Below are positions 30,830-41,414 of a stretch of 64,000 nt of DNA, piece after piece. The stretch spans positions 66,178 to 130,177 of the forward strand of contig JBAYIY010000002.1 in the NCBI GenBank assembly GCA_041665365.1, read 5' to 3'. The notes beneath the pieces were generated by a model. It was not told the DNA's origin. It saw only the letters and a program-made list of their open reading frames with translations, and did not search any database. The stretch comes from Patescibacteria group bacterium (GTDB lineage: Bacteria > Patescibacteriota > Patescibacteriia > UBA9570). How positions within the stretch are numbered: position 1 is the first letter of the stretch; each line of letters begins with the position of its first letter. The position numbers and the translations under genes were made by a program.

Positions 30830-31162
30830 TTATTTTTTTGGCGCTGGAGCAGCCGCTTTAGCTTTTTCAGCATCAGAGGCAGCTTTTTCTTGTTCTTTCT
30901 GCATTTTTCCACCATGGCGGACAAATTTGCGGGTGGGAGAAAATTCGCCCAAGCGATGACCGACCATGTTTTCTGTGACAAACACATCAATGAACTGTTT
31001 ACCATTATGGACACTGAAATGCAACCCAACCATTTCTGGAGTAATTGTGGAAGACCGTGACCAAGTTTTGATCGCCGCTTTGCTTTTTCCAGCCACTGCT
31101 TGTTGGACTTTCTTAATCAAGCTCGGGTGAATATATATACCTTTTTTTAAACTTCGTCCCAT
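30830..31162 (-). CDS. rpsS: 30S ribosomal protein S19
   Basis: [33 protein letters not shown]. Confidence 0.97.
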   Translation of the reverse strand: MGRSLKKGIYIHPSLIKKVQQAVAGKSKAAIKTWSRSSTITPEMVGLHFSVHNGKQFIDVFVTENMVGHRLGEFSPTRKFVRHGGKMQKEQEKAASDAEKAKAAAPAPKK

Positions 31163-31166
31163 ACAA

Positions 31167-32003
31167 TTACCCACGTCGGCGTTTAATAATAAAACGGTTT
31201 GAAGCCTTCTTTGGTTTCCGTGTCTTCACACCTAAGGCTGGTTTACCCTGTGGCGTCTTCGGATGCTTCATACCAATTGGTTGATTGCCTTCACCACCAC
31301 CATGTGGATGATCGACCGGATTCATCGCCTTACCACGCACGGTTGGTCTGATCCCACGATGACGTTGTCGACCGGCACGCCCCCAGCGAATGGTGCGATG
31401 TTCGGCATTACTAACCTGACCAATGGTGGCTAAACAATTTTTATCAAACATCCGAATTTCACCAGATGGTAATTTCGCTTGAACAAATTGCCCCTCCATC
31501 GACATCACAGTAACACCATTACCGGCGGCGCGCGCTAATAATCCTTGCTTGCCCGGTTCTAATTCAACACAATGAACCATCATACCGGCTGGCACAAATT
31601 CCAATGGCATTCTGTTTCCGGCATTAACATCTTGTTTTTGCAATGATGTCACGATTTTATGACCAACCGCTAACCCATCTGGAGCGATAATATAACTTTT
31701 TTTATCACCAGCATAGGCAATTAAAGCAATCCGCGCATTTCTGTTTGGATCGAATTCAATCGTTTCCACTGTAGCTATCTGATCGAGAAAATCACGTCGG
31801 GAAAAATCTACCAAACGATAACGTTGTTTGGCACCACCGCCCTGATGACGCACGGTTATCTTACCTTGACTGTTACGTCCGGCATGCTTCTTCAAGTGCA
31901 ACGTTAAAGGTTTGTATGGTTTATCAGCGGTGACATCACTAAAATCATCTACGCTGGAATTGCGTCGACCTGGTGAAGTTGGTTTGTACAGTTTAATTCC
32001 CAT
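31167..32003 (-). CDS. rplB: 50S ribosomal protein L2
   Basis: [37 protein letters not shown]. Confidence 0.98.
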   Translation of the reverse strand: MGIKLYKPTSPGRRNSSVDDFSDVTADKPYKPLTLHLKKHAGRNSQGKITVRHQGGGAKQRYRLVDFSRRDFLDQIATVETIEFDPNRNARIALIAYAGDKKSYIIAPDGLAVGHKIVTSLQKQDVNAGNRMPLEFVPAGMMVHCVELEPGKQGLLARAAGNGVTVMSMEGQFVQAKLPSGEIRMFDKNCLATIGQVSNAEHRTIRWGRAGRQRHRGIRPTVRGKAMNPVDHPHGGGEGNQPIGMKHPKTPQGKPALGVKTRKPKKASNRFIIKRRRG

Positions 32004-32006
32004 ATA

Positions 32007-32348
32007 TTATTTTTGATTGATCTCAACGGTTTCCCCTTTTACTAAATAAACAATGGCTTTTTTCCAATTCTGACGCTTGCCCACAATTCTACCACGAATT
32101 TTAGTTTTTCCCATGACATTAACAATATTCACTTTTCTTGGTTCCTTACCATATTGTTTCTTAAACGCTTTTCTAATCTCATTTTTAGTTGTTGCATTGT
32201 TTACTTTAAAAACATAAGTGCCATTTTTGGTAGACTTTTCTGTAATAACTGGTTGAACTAAAACACTGACCGTTACAGTTGGCTTTGTTTCAGTTACCAC
32301 CGGTTCGACAGATGGTGTTTTGTCAGTTTTTTTACTAAATATTCCCAT
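32007..32348 (-). CDS. rplW: 50S ribosomal protein L23
   Basis: PVITEK, YVFKV...TKNEIRKA, WKKAIVYL; start placed at MGIFSKK. Confidence 0.93.
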   Translation of the reverse strand: MGIFSKKTDKTPSVEPVVTETKPTVTVSVLVQPVITEKSTKNGTYVFKVNNATTKNEIRKAFKKQYGKEPRKVNIVNVMGKTKIRGRIVGKRQNWKKAIVYLVKGETVEINQK

Positions 32349-32970
32349 AAGTTTTTTCAATTTGTTCAATCCCAGCGGCATCTACCACAAAATAATCATA
32401 CTTGAGTAGATCAACAATATTCAAACTATTGGCGGCACATAAACCGACTTTGGTTAAATTTTTACTGGCTCGAATCACATTGCTATCAATGGCACCTAAA
32501 CTGATTAAACTCTTTTGTCCGGCACAAGGTAAAGCCTGCAAAACTTCTCTTAATTGTTTACTCTTCGAAGCTGTTAGCATAAATTGATCAACTACAATTA
32601 ACTTATCACTCACCACTTTATCAGACAACACCATCGCCAAAGCCGTTTTTTTCATCGCTTTATTCACCTTCAAACTGAAGTTACGATCACTGCGCGGACC
32701 AAACACTACACCACCGCCACGCCACTGTGGATTACGCGTTGAGCCTTGCCGCGCTCGACCAGTGCCCTTTTGTTTCCATGGTTTACGACCGCCACCACGC
32801 ACTTCCCCTTTGGTCAGTGTATGAGCAATGGCAACACGACTATTGGCTTGTTGTGCCACCACTACTTGATGGACAACTTGCATTTTAGCTGGTACAGCAA
32901 ACAAACCATCAGACAACTTCTGTTCCCCAATTACTTTTCCTGATACATTATATAATTTTACAGTGGCCAT
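32335..32970 (-). CDS. rplD: 50S ribosomal protein L4
   Basis: EVRGGGRKPWKQKGTGRARQGS, WRGGGVVFGP. Confidence 0.97.
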   Translation of the reverse strand: MATVKLYNVSGKVIGEQKLSDGLFAVPAKMQVVHQVVVAQQANSRVAIAHTLTKGEVRGGGRKPWKQKGTGRARQGSTRNPQWRGGGVVFGPRSDRNFSLKVNKAMKKTALAMVLSDKVVSDKLIVVDQFMLTASKSKQLREVLQALPCAGQKSLISLGAIDSNVIRASKNLTKVGLCAANSLNIVDLLKYDYFVVDAAGIEQIEKTYGNI

Positions 32971-32973
32971 AAA

Positions 32974-33600
32974 TTATTGATAAATCCAAACTAAACCATT
33001 CCTGGCACCTGGCACAGCTCCTTTTAAATAAACTTCATTCTGAGCAGCATCAACTTTCACAACTTTCAAATTTGAAATAGATACTTTGGCATTGCCCATG
33101 CGACCAGGCATACGCAACCCCTTAAAAGTACGCTGCACACCACCGGCTCCAATCGAACCAGAGGCACGCAACTGATCCTTATGACCATGACTGGCAGGTT
33201 GTCCATGGAAACCATGACGTTTAACAACACCTTGAAAACCGCGACCTTTGCTGTAACCAATAACTTTTACATTATCTCCTACAGCAAATTTCTCGACTGT
33301 TATGACATCGCCCACTTTATAACCAGACACATCTTCAACCCGAAACTCTGAAAAATTGCGAAATACTTTATTTAATCCTTTGGTATGTCCCACTAAACTT
33401 TTTGAAGTTGTCTTAGCCCGACGTTCCTCACAACCAACTTGAACAGCCACATAGCCATCTGACTCAACAGTTTTTAATTGCGTTACCATATTTGGGCTGA
33501 CAGCTAAAATAGTCACGGGCACAACATTACCGTTATCATCAAACAGTTGTGACATGTGAAGTTTTTTAGCTAGGAGAAATTTGGTAGTGGGTTTTTTCAT
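32974..33600 (-). CDS. rplC: 50S ribosomal protein L3
   Basis: DGYVAVQVG, SKGRGFQGVVKRHGF, KGAVPG; start at ATG 33600. Confidence 0.97.
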   Translation of the reverse strand: MKKPTTKFLLAKKLHMSQLFDDNGNVVPVTILAVSPNMVTQLKTVESDGYVAVQVGCEERRAKTTSKSLVGHTKGLNKVFRNFSEFRVEDVSGYKVGDVITVEKFAVGDNVKVIGYSKGRGFQGVVKRHGFHGQPASHGHKDQLRASGSIGAGGVQRTFKGLRMPGRMGNAKVSISNLKVVKVDAAQNEVYLKGAVPGARNGLVWIYQ

Positions 33601-33695
33601 AAAAAAATCTGCAGTGCTTGGTCTGACGATATCCCTTGTCTTGCTCGGGATCACTTCAGCGCAAACGGCAGTGGCTTATAAATGGTGCAATTTTG

Positions 33696-34040
33696 TTACA
33701 TTTTTATTTCGACATCGACTCCGGCTGGTAAGTTCAAGTGCGACAGTTCATCAATAGTTTTGGCAGTGGGCTTATATATATCGATCAATCTTTTGTGTGT
33801 ACTGATCTCATATTGATCACGGGCGTTCTTATGGATGAAAGTTGACCGTTGCACTGTATAACGAGTGCGTTCAGTTGGCAATGGGATGGGCCCTTGCACA
33901 CGTGCCCCAGTGCGTTGCGCCGTTTCAATAATCGTTCGACAAGATTGATCAATAATCTTACTATCGTACGCGCGGATTTTCACCCGGATACGTTGTTCGA
34001 TCTCATCTTCAGATTGTACAAGAGCTTTCTTTACAGGCAC
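33696..34040 (-). CDS. rpsJ: 30S ribosomal protein S10
   Basis: [34 protein letters not shown]. Confidence 0.97.
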   Translation of the reverse strand: MPVKKALVQSEDEIEQRIRVKIRAYDSKIIDQSCRTIIETAQRTGARVQGPIPLPTERTRYTVQRSTFIHKNARDQYEISTHKRLIDIYKPTAKTIDELSHLNLPAGVDVEIKM

Positions 34041-34050
34041 AGATTATTGT

Positions 34051-35241
34051 TTATTTCACTATTTTGGTTACTACGCCTGCACCAACCGTATGGCCACCTT
34101 CGCGAATCGAGAAACTTTGCTTCTCGGTTAACGCTACCGGCACAATTAACTTAATAACCATTTTTAAAGTATCACCCGGCATGGCCATTTCTGTTCCTTG
34201 AGGTAAAACAACTTCACCAGTCACATCAGTAGTACGCATATAAAATTGAGGTTTGTAACCACTCATAAATGGTTTGTGACGACCACCTTCTTCTTTCGAT
34301 AAGATATATACCTCAGCTTCAAACTCTGAATGAGGTGTAATAGTACCTGGCTTAGCCAATACTTGACCACGTTCAACATCTTCTTTTTTCGTACCACGGA
34401 GCAATATACCGGCGTTATCACCAGCTCGACCCTCATCTAAAGTTTTATTGAACATTTCAATACCTGTGACAGTGGTTTTGGAAGTATCGCGTACACCGAC
34501 GATTTCAACTTCATCACCTAATTTAACGATACCAGTTTCAATCCGACCAGTTACTACAGTACCGCGACCCTCAATCGACATAACGTCTTCAATGGCCATT
34601 AAGAATGGCTTATCAACTGGACGTTTTGGTTCAGGAATAAAAGTATCTAGAGCATTCAAAAGATCAATGATTGGTTTAATGGCGGCTTCATCAGTTGGAT
34701 TTTGTAACGCTTTTAAGGCTGATCCACGAATAATTGGTATATTATCGCCATCAAATTTGTATTTCTTCAATAAATCACGAATTTCTTCTTCAACTAACAT
34801 TAATAACTCTTCATCCTCAACTTGATCAACTTTATTCAAAAACACGACAAAAGTAGGTACACCAACTTGACGAGCTAACAAAATATGTTCACGGGTTTGC
34901 GGCATTGGACCATCGGCGGCTGATACCACCAAAATAGCTCCATCCATCTGTGCAGCCCCAGTAATCATGTTCTTGATATAGTCAGCATGGCCTGGACAAT
35001 CGATATGAGCGTAGTGGCGTTTTTCGGTTTCGTATTCAACATGAGCAGTATTAATCGTAATACCACGTTCCTTTTCTTCAGGAGCGTTATCAATCTGATC
35101 AACTGATCGCTTCATTGCTTTACCACCCTTAGCATTTAACACTGTCAAAATAGCAGCGGTGGTAGTTGTTTTACCGTGGTCAACATGTCCTAATGTGCCA
35201 ACGTTTAAGTGCGGCTTGGAACGATCAAATACATCTGCCAT
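34051..35241 (-). CDS. tuf: Elongation factor Tu
   Basis: [31 protein letters not shown]. Confidence 0.99.
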   Translation of the reverse strand: MADVFDRSKPHLNVGTLGHVDHGKTTTTAAILTVLNAKGGKAMKRSVDQIDNAPEEKERGITINTAHVEYETEKRHYAHIDCPGHADYIKNMITGAAQMDGAILVVSAADGPMPQTREHILLARQVGVPTFVVFLNKVDQVEDEELLMLVEEEIRDLLKKYKFDGDNIPIIRGSALKALQNPTDEAAIKPIIDLLNALDTFIPEPKRPVDKPFLMAIEDVMSIEGRGTVVTGRIETGIVKLGDEVEIVGVRDTSKTTVTGIEMFNKTLDEGRAGDNAGILLRGTKKEDVERGQVLAKPGTITPHSEFEAEVYILSKEEGGRHKPFMSGYKPQFYMRTTDVTGEVVLPQGTEMAMPGDTLKMVIKLIVPVALTEKQSFSIREGGHTVGAGVVTKIVK

Positions 35242-35303
35242 ATGGATTTATTGAATTTATTGATTGATTACTAAATATTTTAACTCTTTTTTATAGCCGG
35301 GTT

Positions 35304-35359
35304 ATTATACCAGGCTTTTTTTTCCTGTAAAGATAAGGGGTTGCCAACCGTGTGGATAA
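35304..35359 (-). promoter_or_regulatory. Internal tuf promoter with an upstream DnaA box
   Basis: Minus strand TTTACA-16nt-TATAAT with extended TG; TTATCCACA at 35351-35359. Confidence 0.6.
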
Positions 35360-35365
35360 GTTGTT

Positions 35366-35406
35366 AATTACGTAGAGACGTGCCGCCGGCACGTCTCTAC
35401 GTAATT
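35366..35406. repeat. GTAG-type REP-like palindrome
   Basis: AATTAC-GTAGAGACGTGCCGCCGGCACGTCTCTAC-GTAATT just after the fusA stop. Confidence 0.85.
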
Positions 35407-35409
35407 GTA

Positions 35410-37575
35410 TTATTTACTGCGTTTCTCGATTAATTCCAACTGTACATGGCGCGGAACCTCACTATATTGCTTGAATTCCATAGAAGAAGACGCTCGACCT
35501 TGTGTCATAGATCGTAAAGAGGTGGCATAACCGAACATTTCTGATAACGGTACCAAAGCTGTAATGATTTTGGCTTGTCCACGATCGGTCATTTCCAAAA
35601 TTTGGCCTCGCTTGGAGTTTAAATCGCCAATCACATCACCCATGAAATTTTCTGGTGTGGTGACAACTATCGACATAATCGGCTCGAGAATAACTGGATC
35701 GGCTTTTTTACAGGCATCTTGGAAGGCAATAGATCCGGCCATTTTAAAGGCTAATTCAGATGAATCGACTTCATGATAGCTACCATCGGTCACCGTGGCC
35801 TTGATATTTAACATAGTATATCCAGCTACTACTCCCCTAGTCAGGGCTTCTTTAATACCCTTTTCGATCGGACTGATGTATTCACGAGGAATACGACCAC
35901 CTTTAACCGCATCAACAAACATAAAGGTAATGTCTTTACCAACATTTTTCCCTTTGTCTTTATCCTTATCTTTGCTTTTTTCTTCACGATCAGCATCGGT
36001 CAGCGGTTCAACAGTTAGAAAACAATGACCATATTGCCCACGACCACCGGTTTGCTTAATATATTTTCCCTCCGCCTCAGCGCGTTTACGAATCGTTTCT
36101 TTATATGATACTTGAGGTGCACCCACATTGGCTTCCACACCAAATTCTCGTTTCATACGATCAACTAAAACATCGAGATGTAATTCACCCATACCGGCAA
36201 TAATGGTTTGACCGGTTTCTTCGTTACTTTCCACACGGAAAGTAGGGTCTTCTTCACTCAATTTCTGTAAAGCCACACCCATTTTTTCTTGATCAACCTT
36301 AGTTTTTGGCTCAATCGCCATTGAAATTACCGGCTGAGCAAAAGTAATCTTTTCAAGAATCAATGGATGATCTGGGTCACATAAAGTATCAGCTGTTATG
36401 GTATCTTTCAAACCAATCACAGCAGCAATATCTCCCGCTTGTACCTCATTAATTTCTTCACGTTTATTAGCATGCAACCGCACAATTCGAGAAATACGCT
36501 CTTTGCTGCCACTGGTGGCGTTAAAGACGTATGAACCTGAGGTTAATTTACCCGAATAAACCCGAATAAATATCAATCGACCAACAAACGGATCGGTGGC
36601 CACTTTAAACGCCAAAGCAGCTAATGGAGCTGATTTATCCGGACGTAATTCAATTTCCTTCTCATTATCGTCATAATCATGTGCCATCAGGGGTGGTTTA
36701 TCTAATGGTGATGGTAAATAACTAGCTACTGCATCCAGTAATAACTGAACACCCTTATTTTTCAACGCACTGCCGCACAACACCGGAATCAGCTGATTTT
36801 TAATAACCGCTTGACGTAAAGTTTTTTTAATACTATCAATGTCCGGTTCTTTACCGTCTAAATAAGCATTCATTAATGTTTCATCTTGTTCGACCACTGC
36901 TTCGACTAATTTAGCTCGATATTCAGCTGCTTTGGCCTTTAAATCATCAGGAATGTCAATAATTTGAACATCTTTACCTAAATCATCATTATAAATAACG
37001 GCATGATTTTCAATTAAATCGATGACACCTTTAAAATTATCTTCCACACCAATTGGCAATTGAATTGGCACAGCCAGTTTACTGAGGCGTTCGTGAATGG
37101 AGGCTAAATCTTTATAGAAATCAGCTCCGGTACGATCTAATTTATTGATAAAGCACATGCGCGGCACACTATATTTTTCCGCTTGGTGCCACACTGTTTC
37201 TGATTGTGGTTCAACGCCAGCGACACCATCAAATACCACTACCCCACCGTCTAACACACGTAATGATCTTTCCACTTCAACAGTAAAATCAACGTGACCT
37301 GGTGTATCAATTAAATTGATCCAAGTTTGGCCGGTGCCTAAAAATTTAGGATACGGCCAAAATACGGTAGTAGCAGCAGCTGTAATAGTAATACCACGTT
37401 CTCGTTCTTGCTCCATCCAGTCCATTTCGGCTAATCCTTCATGAACTTCACCGATTTTATGTTTCTTACCAGCATAAAATAGTACTCGCTCTGAGACGGT
37501 TGTTTTACCTGCATCAATATGAGCAATGATGCCAATGTTACGCACCTGATCTAATTTGAACTCTGAGGTATCCAT
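35410..37575 (-). CDS. fusA: Elongation factor G
   Basis: [39 protein letters not shown]. Confidence 0.99.
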   Translation of the reverse strand: MDTSEFKLDQVRNIGIIAHIDAGKTTVSERVLFYAGKKHKIGEVHEGLAEMDWMEQERERGITITAAATTVFWPYPKFLGTGQTWINLIDTPGHVDFTVEVERSLRVLDGGVVVFDGVAGVEPQSETVWHQAEKYSVPRMCFINKLDRTGADFYKDLASIHERLSKLAVPIQLPIGVEDNFKGVIDLIENHAVIYNDDLGKDVQIIDIPDDLKAKAAEYRAKLVEAVVEQDETLMNAYLDGKEPDIDSIKKTLRQAVIKNQLIPVLCGSALKNKGVQLLLDAVASYLPSPLDKPPLMAHDYDDNEKEIELRPDKSAPLAALAFKVATDPFVGRLIFIRVYSGKLTSGSYVFNATSGSKERISRIVRLHANKREEINEVQAGDIAAVIGLKDTITADTLCDPDHPLILEKITFAQPVISMAIEPKTKVDQEKMGVALQKLSEEDPTFRVESNEETGQTIIAGMGELHLDVLVDRMKREFGVEANVGAPQVSYKETIRKRAEAEGKYIKQTGGRGQYGHCFLTVEPLTDADREEKSKDKDKDKGKNVGKDITFMFVDAVKGGRIPREYISPIEKGIKEALTRGVVAGYTMLNIKATVTDGSYHEVDSSELAFKMAGSIAFQDACKKADPVILEPIMSIVVTTPENFMGDVIGDLNSKRGQILEMTDRGQAKIITALVPLSEMFGYATSLRSMTQGRASSSMEFKQYSEVPRHVQLELIEKRSK

Positions 37576-37666
37576 GTGAAAATAATTTTATCTAATAATT
37601 TACAGAGTCATACCTTACCAAATGCTTATTAAAATGTAAAGATATTACATAAAACTGTCAAAACAT

Positions 37667-37708
37667 AAAACAAGTAGAGACATGCCATGGCATGTCTCTA
37701 CTTGTTTT
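37667..37708. repeat. GTAG-type REP-like palindrome
   Basis: AAAACAA-GTAGAGACATGCCATGGCATGTCTCTAC-TTGTTTT, followed by a half copy GCGTCTCTAC. Confidence 0.85.
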
Positions 37709-37744
37709 TAATGCGTCTCTACAGTTGTATTAATGCAAAAAAAA

Positions 37745-38191
37745 TTATTTCTGTACTACTCCGGCTGGTTTACCACCAATATTCTTGCGTTTGATAACGA
37801 AGAAATAGATGATCGCGGCAATTGGACCAAAGCCAAAGAAAAAACCAGCAATCAATATCACCATCCACAATGTCTTGTTGTCAAAAGTGCGTTTGGCACA
37901 ATCTATCACCATCCAGATTTCAAAAACAAATAGCAGTAATCCGATTAAACCACCGATCATTGCGATGATAATAAACACAATGCCTAATCCAGCAGCGGCT
38001 ACGCCAGCTGAAGAATCACTGTTGTAATCATAATTGTAGTCTGTGTTGTAGTCATAATTATAATCTGTATTATAATCGTAGTTATAATCACTGTTGTAAT
38101 CATAACTGACTGCCTGACCAGCATGAGCAAACGCTAACACTGGCAACACCAAGCCTAAACTCAGTGCGAAATTGCGAAATAATTTGAGCAT
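37745..38191 (-). CDS. Membrane protein with signal peptide, (DYNx)7 repeat and PLDc_N-like C-terminal domain
   Basis: Signal peptide ending AFA/HA, repeat at 38015-38104, WMVIDCAKR...KTLWMVILI...IIYFF. Confidence 0.75.
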   Translation of the reverse strand: MLKLFRNFALSLGLVLPVLAFAHAGQAVSYDYNSDYNYDYNTDYNYDYNTDYNYDYNSDSSAGVAAAGLGIVFIIIAMIGGLIGLLLFVFEIWMVIDCAKRTFDNKTLWMVILIAGFFFGFGPIAAIIYFFVIKRKNIGGKPAGVVQK

Positions 38192-38242
38192 AAAAACGCT
38201 TTTTGTGCGTTAAAAATTAAATAGACTGTAATTATACCAGTT

Positions 38243-38707
38243 CTAGGCAAAATGAGCAAATGCACGATTGGCTTCGGCCATGCGGTGCACATCCATTTTC
38301 TTCTTAATGGCTTCACCTTGTTCACTAGCGGCATCCATTAACTCTAAAGCTAATTTTTCAGCCATTGGTTTACCTTTTCTACTTCTGGCAGCACCAATAA
38401 TCCAACGTGAAGCCAGATTAAAACGACGCTCACCTCTTACTTCGATAGGCACTTGATAATTAGCACCCCCAATGCGGCGAGCCTTTACTTCAACTAACGG
38501 TGAGACATTTTTAATGGCTTTATCGAATACATCTAAGCCTTTTTCACCCATTTTCTTCTCGATTGCTGCCATGGCACCATAAAACAAACTCTGCGCCACA
38601 GACTTCTTACCGTTCTGCATTAAATAATTGATAAACTTAGCCACGACAGTGCTGTTATACACTGGATCAGATAATATTTCACGACGGACAGCTGGTTTTC
38701 CACGCAT
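38243..38707 (-). CDS. rpsG: 30S ribosomal protein S7
   Basis: RRIGGANYQVP, HRMAEANRAFAH. Confidence 0.98.
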   Translation of the reverse strand: MRGKPAVRREILSDPVYNSTVVAKFINYLMQNGKKSVAQSLFYGAMAAIEKKMGEKGLDVFDKAIKNVSPLVEVKARRIGGANYQVPIEVRGERRFNLASRWIIGAARSRKGKPMAEKLALELMDAASEQGEAIKKKMDVHRMAEANRAFAHFA

Positions 38708-38710
38708 AAA

Positions 38711-39130
38711 TTATTTTTTAGGTCGTTTCGTACCGTATAAAGACCGACTGCGGTTACGCTTCTCTACTCCGGCAGTATCATAGACACCGCGCACAATATG
38801 ATAACGTACACCCGGCAGATCATGTACCCGACCACCACGAATTAAAACAATGGAGTGTTCTTGTAAGTTGTGCCCTTCACCTGGAATATAAGCAGTTACT
38901 TCCATGCCATTTGATAAACGCACCCGAGCAATCTTACGCAAAGCTGAGTTCGGCTTCTTTGGTGTAGTAGTGGTTACTTTAGTGCAAACACCACGTTTAA
39001 ACGCGCTCCCTTTCGGTAAATCCTTCCGCCGACGTTGGATGACATTAAACGTACTCAACAAAGCTGGCACTTTAGATTTGTGCTTTGTCTTCTTGCGGCC
39101 TTTTCTGGCTAACTGATTAATTGTTGGCAT
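38711..39130 (-). CDS. rpsL: 30S ribosomal protein S12
   Basis: [33 protein letters not shown]. Confidence 0.98.
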   Translation of the reverse strand: MPTINQLARKGRKKTKHKSKVPALLSTFNVIQRRRKDLPKGSAFKRGVCTKVTTTTPKKPNSALRKIARVRLSNGMEVTAYIPGEGHNLQEHSIVLIRGGRVHDLPGVRYHIVRGVYDTAGVEKRNRSRSLYGTKRPKK

Positions 39131-39166
39131 AGCGCGCGTTACTGTACCAGATAGTACTTTTAACTG

Positions 39167-39805
39167 TCAAATCAACCCGAATAAACTATAAACACTAACA
39201 AAGGCAAATTGCATAAGCCAACCTAAAATACCCTGACCAAAAAACACCACGATTAGCAATAACCACGGACCCTGCGTTTCCAAAAACAATATTGTAGTTT
39301 GGTGGCTTGGACCCAACAAACTAAACAGCACTTTTGAGCCATCTAATGGCGGAATTGGAATGAGATTAAACACAAATAACATGAGGTTTAATTCTGCCAT
39401 AAAAAGTAAGAAAACCTCTAATAAATTGCCAGTTTCTGACCAATCTAGGGCTGCAAAACCAAGTAAGCGATACAGTAATAAGGCTATCACCACCATAATA
39501 ATATTAGATAACGGACCGGCTATGGCCACGATGGCACTACCCCACTTTCTAAATTTGAGATTATAGGGATTAAACGGGGTTGGTTTTCCCCAGCCAAAAC
39601 CTACTAACAGCAACAAAATAAAACCCATCCAATCAATGTGGGCGAGTGGGTTTAAAGTTAGTCGACCAGAGCGTTGGGCAGTGTCATCACCTTGCCAGTA
39701 ACCGGCCAAGGCATGAGCAAACTCATGCCAACCGATCGCTAACAACACAGCCAGAATCCATGGCACTATAAAAAGTGGCTTCTCAGTTAATAACTGAAAA
39801 AACAT
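39167..39805 (-). CDS. Site-2 protease family (M50) metallopeptidase
   Basis: HEFAH, GRLTLNPLAHID, AGPLSN, FNLIPIPPLDGSK. Confidence 0.93.
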   Translation of the reverse strand: MFFQLLTEKPLFIVPWILAVLLAIGWHEFAHALAGYWQGDDTAQRSGRLTLNPLAHIDWMGFILLLLVGFGWGKPTPFNPYNLKFRKWGSAIVAIAGPLSNIIMVVIALLLYRLLGFAALDWSETGNLLEVFLLFMAELNLMLFVFNLIPIPPLDGSKVLFSLLGPSHQTTILFLETQGPWLLLIVVFFGQGILGWLMQFAFVSVYSLFGLI

Positions 39806-39807
39806 AA

Positions 39808-40089
39808 TTAATCCAAATCGAAGGTTACATCACCGTCTTTGAGGTGGCACTGGCAGGCTAAGCGTTGCTCTGGATAAGCATTCAACACCTCTAGTGTATC
39901 TTTTTCTTGATCGGTTTTATCAGTTAAATTTTCCGCGCCTTTTTTAATTGATATTAAACAGGTACCACATAAACCATTCTCACATCCAAATGGTAAAGTT
40001 AACCCATTATGTTGGCAAACTTCACGTAGTAATTCTCCCGCTTGAGCTTCGACTGTTTTATTATCTGTAATGAATGTTACTTTAGGCAT
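39808..40089 (-). CDS. 2Fe-2S ferredoxin
   Basis: CENGLCGTC...RLACQC. Confidence 0.92.
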   Translation of the reverse strand: MPKVTFITDNKTVEAQAGELLREVCQHNGLTLPFGCENGLCGTCLISIKKGAENLTDKTDQEKDTLEVLNAYPEQRLACQCHLKDGDVTFDLD

Positions 40090-40091
40090 GG

Positions 40092-41276
40092 TTAAATGAT
40101 CTTATATTTCTTACCTAATTTGGTAAAAGCAGCCACGAGTGTATCAATTTGCTCAGTGGTGTGCAAGGCTGAAATTTGCACACGGATTCTGGCCTTGCCC
40201 ATGGGTACTACTGGATAACTAAAACCAACGACATAGATACCTTCCGCTAACATGTCTTTCGCCATATCACCGGCCGCTTTACCATCACCTATCATCACTG
40301 GCACAATTGGATGTTCTGAAACAGGTACAGTAAAACCAGCTTGCTGCATTAAATTTCTAAAGTGCAGCGTATTTTTCCATAATGTCTCACGCAGTTCGGG
40401 ATGTTGATCGATATAATCCAACACAAACATGGTCACAGTGGCAATCATCGGTGATAGTGAATTAGTAAACAAAGTAGTGCGTGCGCGTTGGTGATATAAA
40501 TCAATCATAGCTTTACTGCCAACCAAGGCGCCGCCATTAGACCCACCTAGAGCCTTACCAAACGTGGTGGTGATCAAATCGACTCTATCCAGCACACCGG
40601 CTTGTTCAATGCTGCCTCGGCCAGTTTGACCCATAAAACCTGAGGCATGGGAATCGTCTACTACTACATAAGCATCATACTTTTCAGCCAGATCGCAGAT
40701 ACCCTGCAGTGGCGCCACATCACCATCCATGCTGAACACACCATCGGTAACAACACAGCGCAATCTTTTACTCTGCGTATCTTTTAAATGTTGCTCAAGA
40801 TCAGCTAAATTCATGTGTTTAAAAATATGCCGCTCGGCTTTACACAGACGTATCCCATCAATCAAACTGGCATGATTCAATTCATCGGTAATCACGGCGT
40901 CCTGATCGGTCAATATAGTAGCAAACGCTGCTTCGTTGGCATCCCAACATGACGTAAAAGTGATCGCCGCTTCTTTATGAAACCACTGTGCCAGTTTGAC
41001 TTCTAGCTCTTGATGAATGGTCTGTGTACCGCAAATAAACCGCACACTGGATAGTCCAAAACCGTACTTTTCCAAAGCCTGTTTGCCCACTTCGACTAAC
41101 TCTTGCTTACCCGATAAACCTAAATAATTATTGGCACAAAAATTCAAATATTCTTTTCCGTCAACCACTACTTTTGTCCCCTGCCGTGAACTAATCACGC
41201 GTTGAGTTTTGGTTAAACCAGCCTGGTTTATTTCTGATAGAACTTGATTACAAACTTCGTTGAGACGTTGATTCAT
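40092..41276 (-). CDS. kbl: Glycine C-acetyltransferase (2-amino-3-ketobutyrate CoA ligase)
   Basis: NFCANNYLGL, SVRFICGTQ, LNHASLIDGIRLCKA, GKALGG, YPVVPMGKARIRVQISA; start 41276. Confidence 0.96.
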   Translation of the reverse strand: MNQRLNEVCNQVLSEINQAGLTKTQRVISSRQGTKVVVDGKEYLNFCANNYLGLSGKQELVEVGKQALEKYGFGLSSVRFICGTQTIHQELEVKLAQWFHKEAAITFTSCWDANEAAFATILTDQDAVITDELNHASLIDGIRLCKAERHIFKHMNLADLEQHLKDTQSKRLRCVVTDGVFSMDGDVAPLQGICDLAEKYDAYVVVDDSHASGFMGQTGRGSIEQAGVLDRVDLITTTFGKALGGSNGGALVGSKAMIDLYHQRARTTLFTNSLSPMIATVTMFVLDYIDQHPELRETLWKNTLHFRNLMQQAGFTVPVSEHPIVPVMIGDGKAAGDMAKDMLAEGIYVVGFSYPVVPMGKARIRVQISALHTTEQIDTLVAAFTKLGKKYKII

Positions 41277-41298
41277 ATGGTTATTATAATAATCTTTC

Positions 41299-41384
41299 TT
41301 TACCCCCAACCCCCTTGCAGGGGGCTAAGAGAAGATTTTTTTTATTCTATCTTTTCCCCCTGCAAGGGGGACTAAGGGGGTAAA
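41299..41384. repeat. Two-lobed C/G-run palindromic element between tdh and kbl
   Basis: TTTACCCCCAACCCCCTTGCAGGGGG...TCCCCCTGCAAGGGGGACTAAGGGGGTAAA. Confidence 0.75.
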
Positions 41385-41414
41385 TATTAGTTGGTAGATA
41401 AGATACGGTTCGTG

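Noticed and set aside
35351-35359. Replication origin
   Set aside because: Isolated DnaA boxes only; no cluster and no dnaA/dnaN nearby
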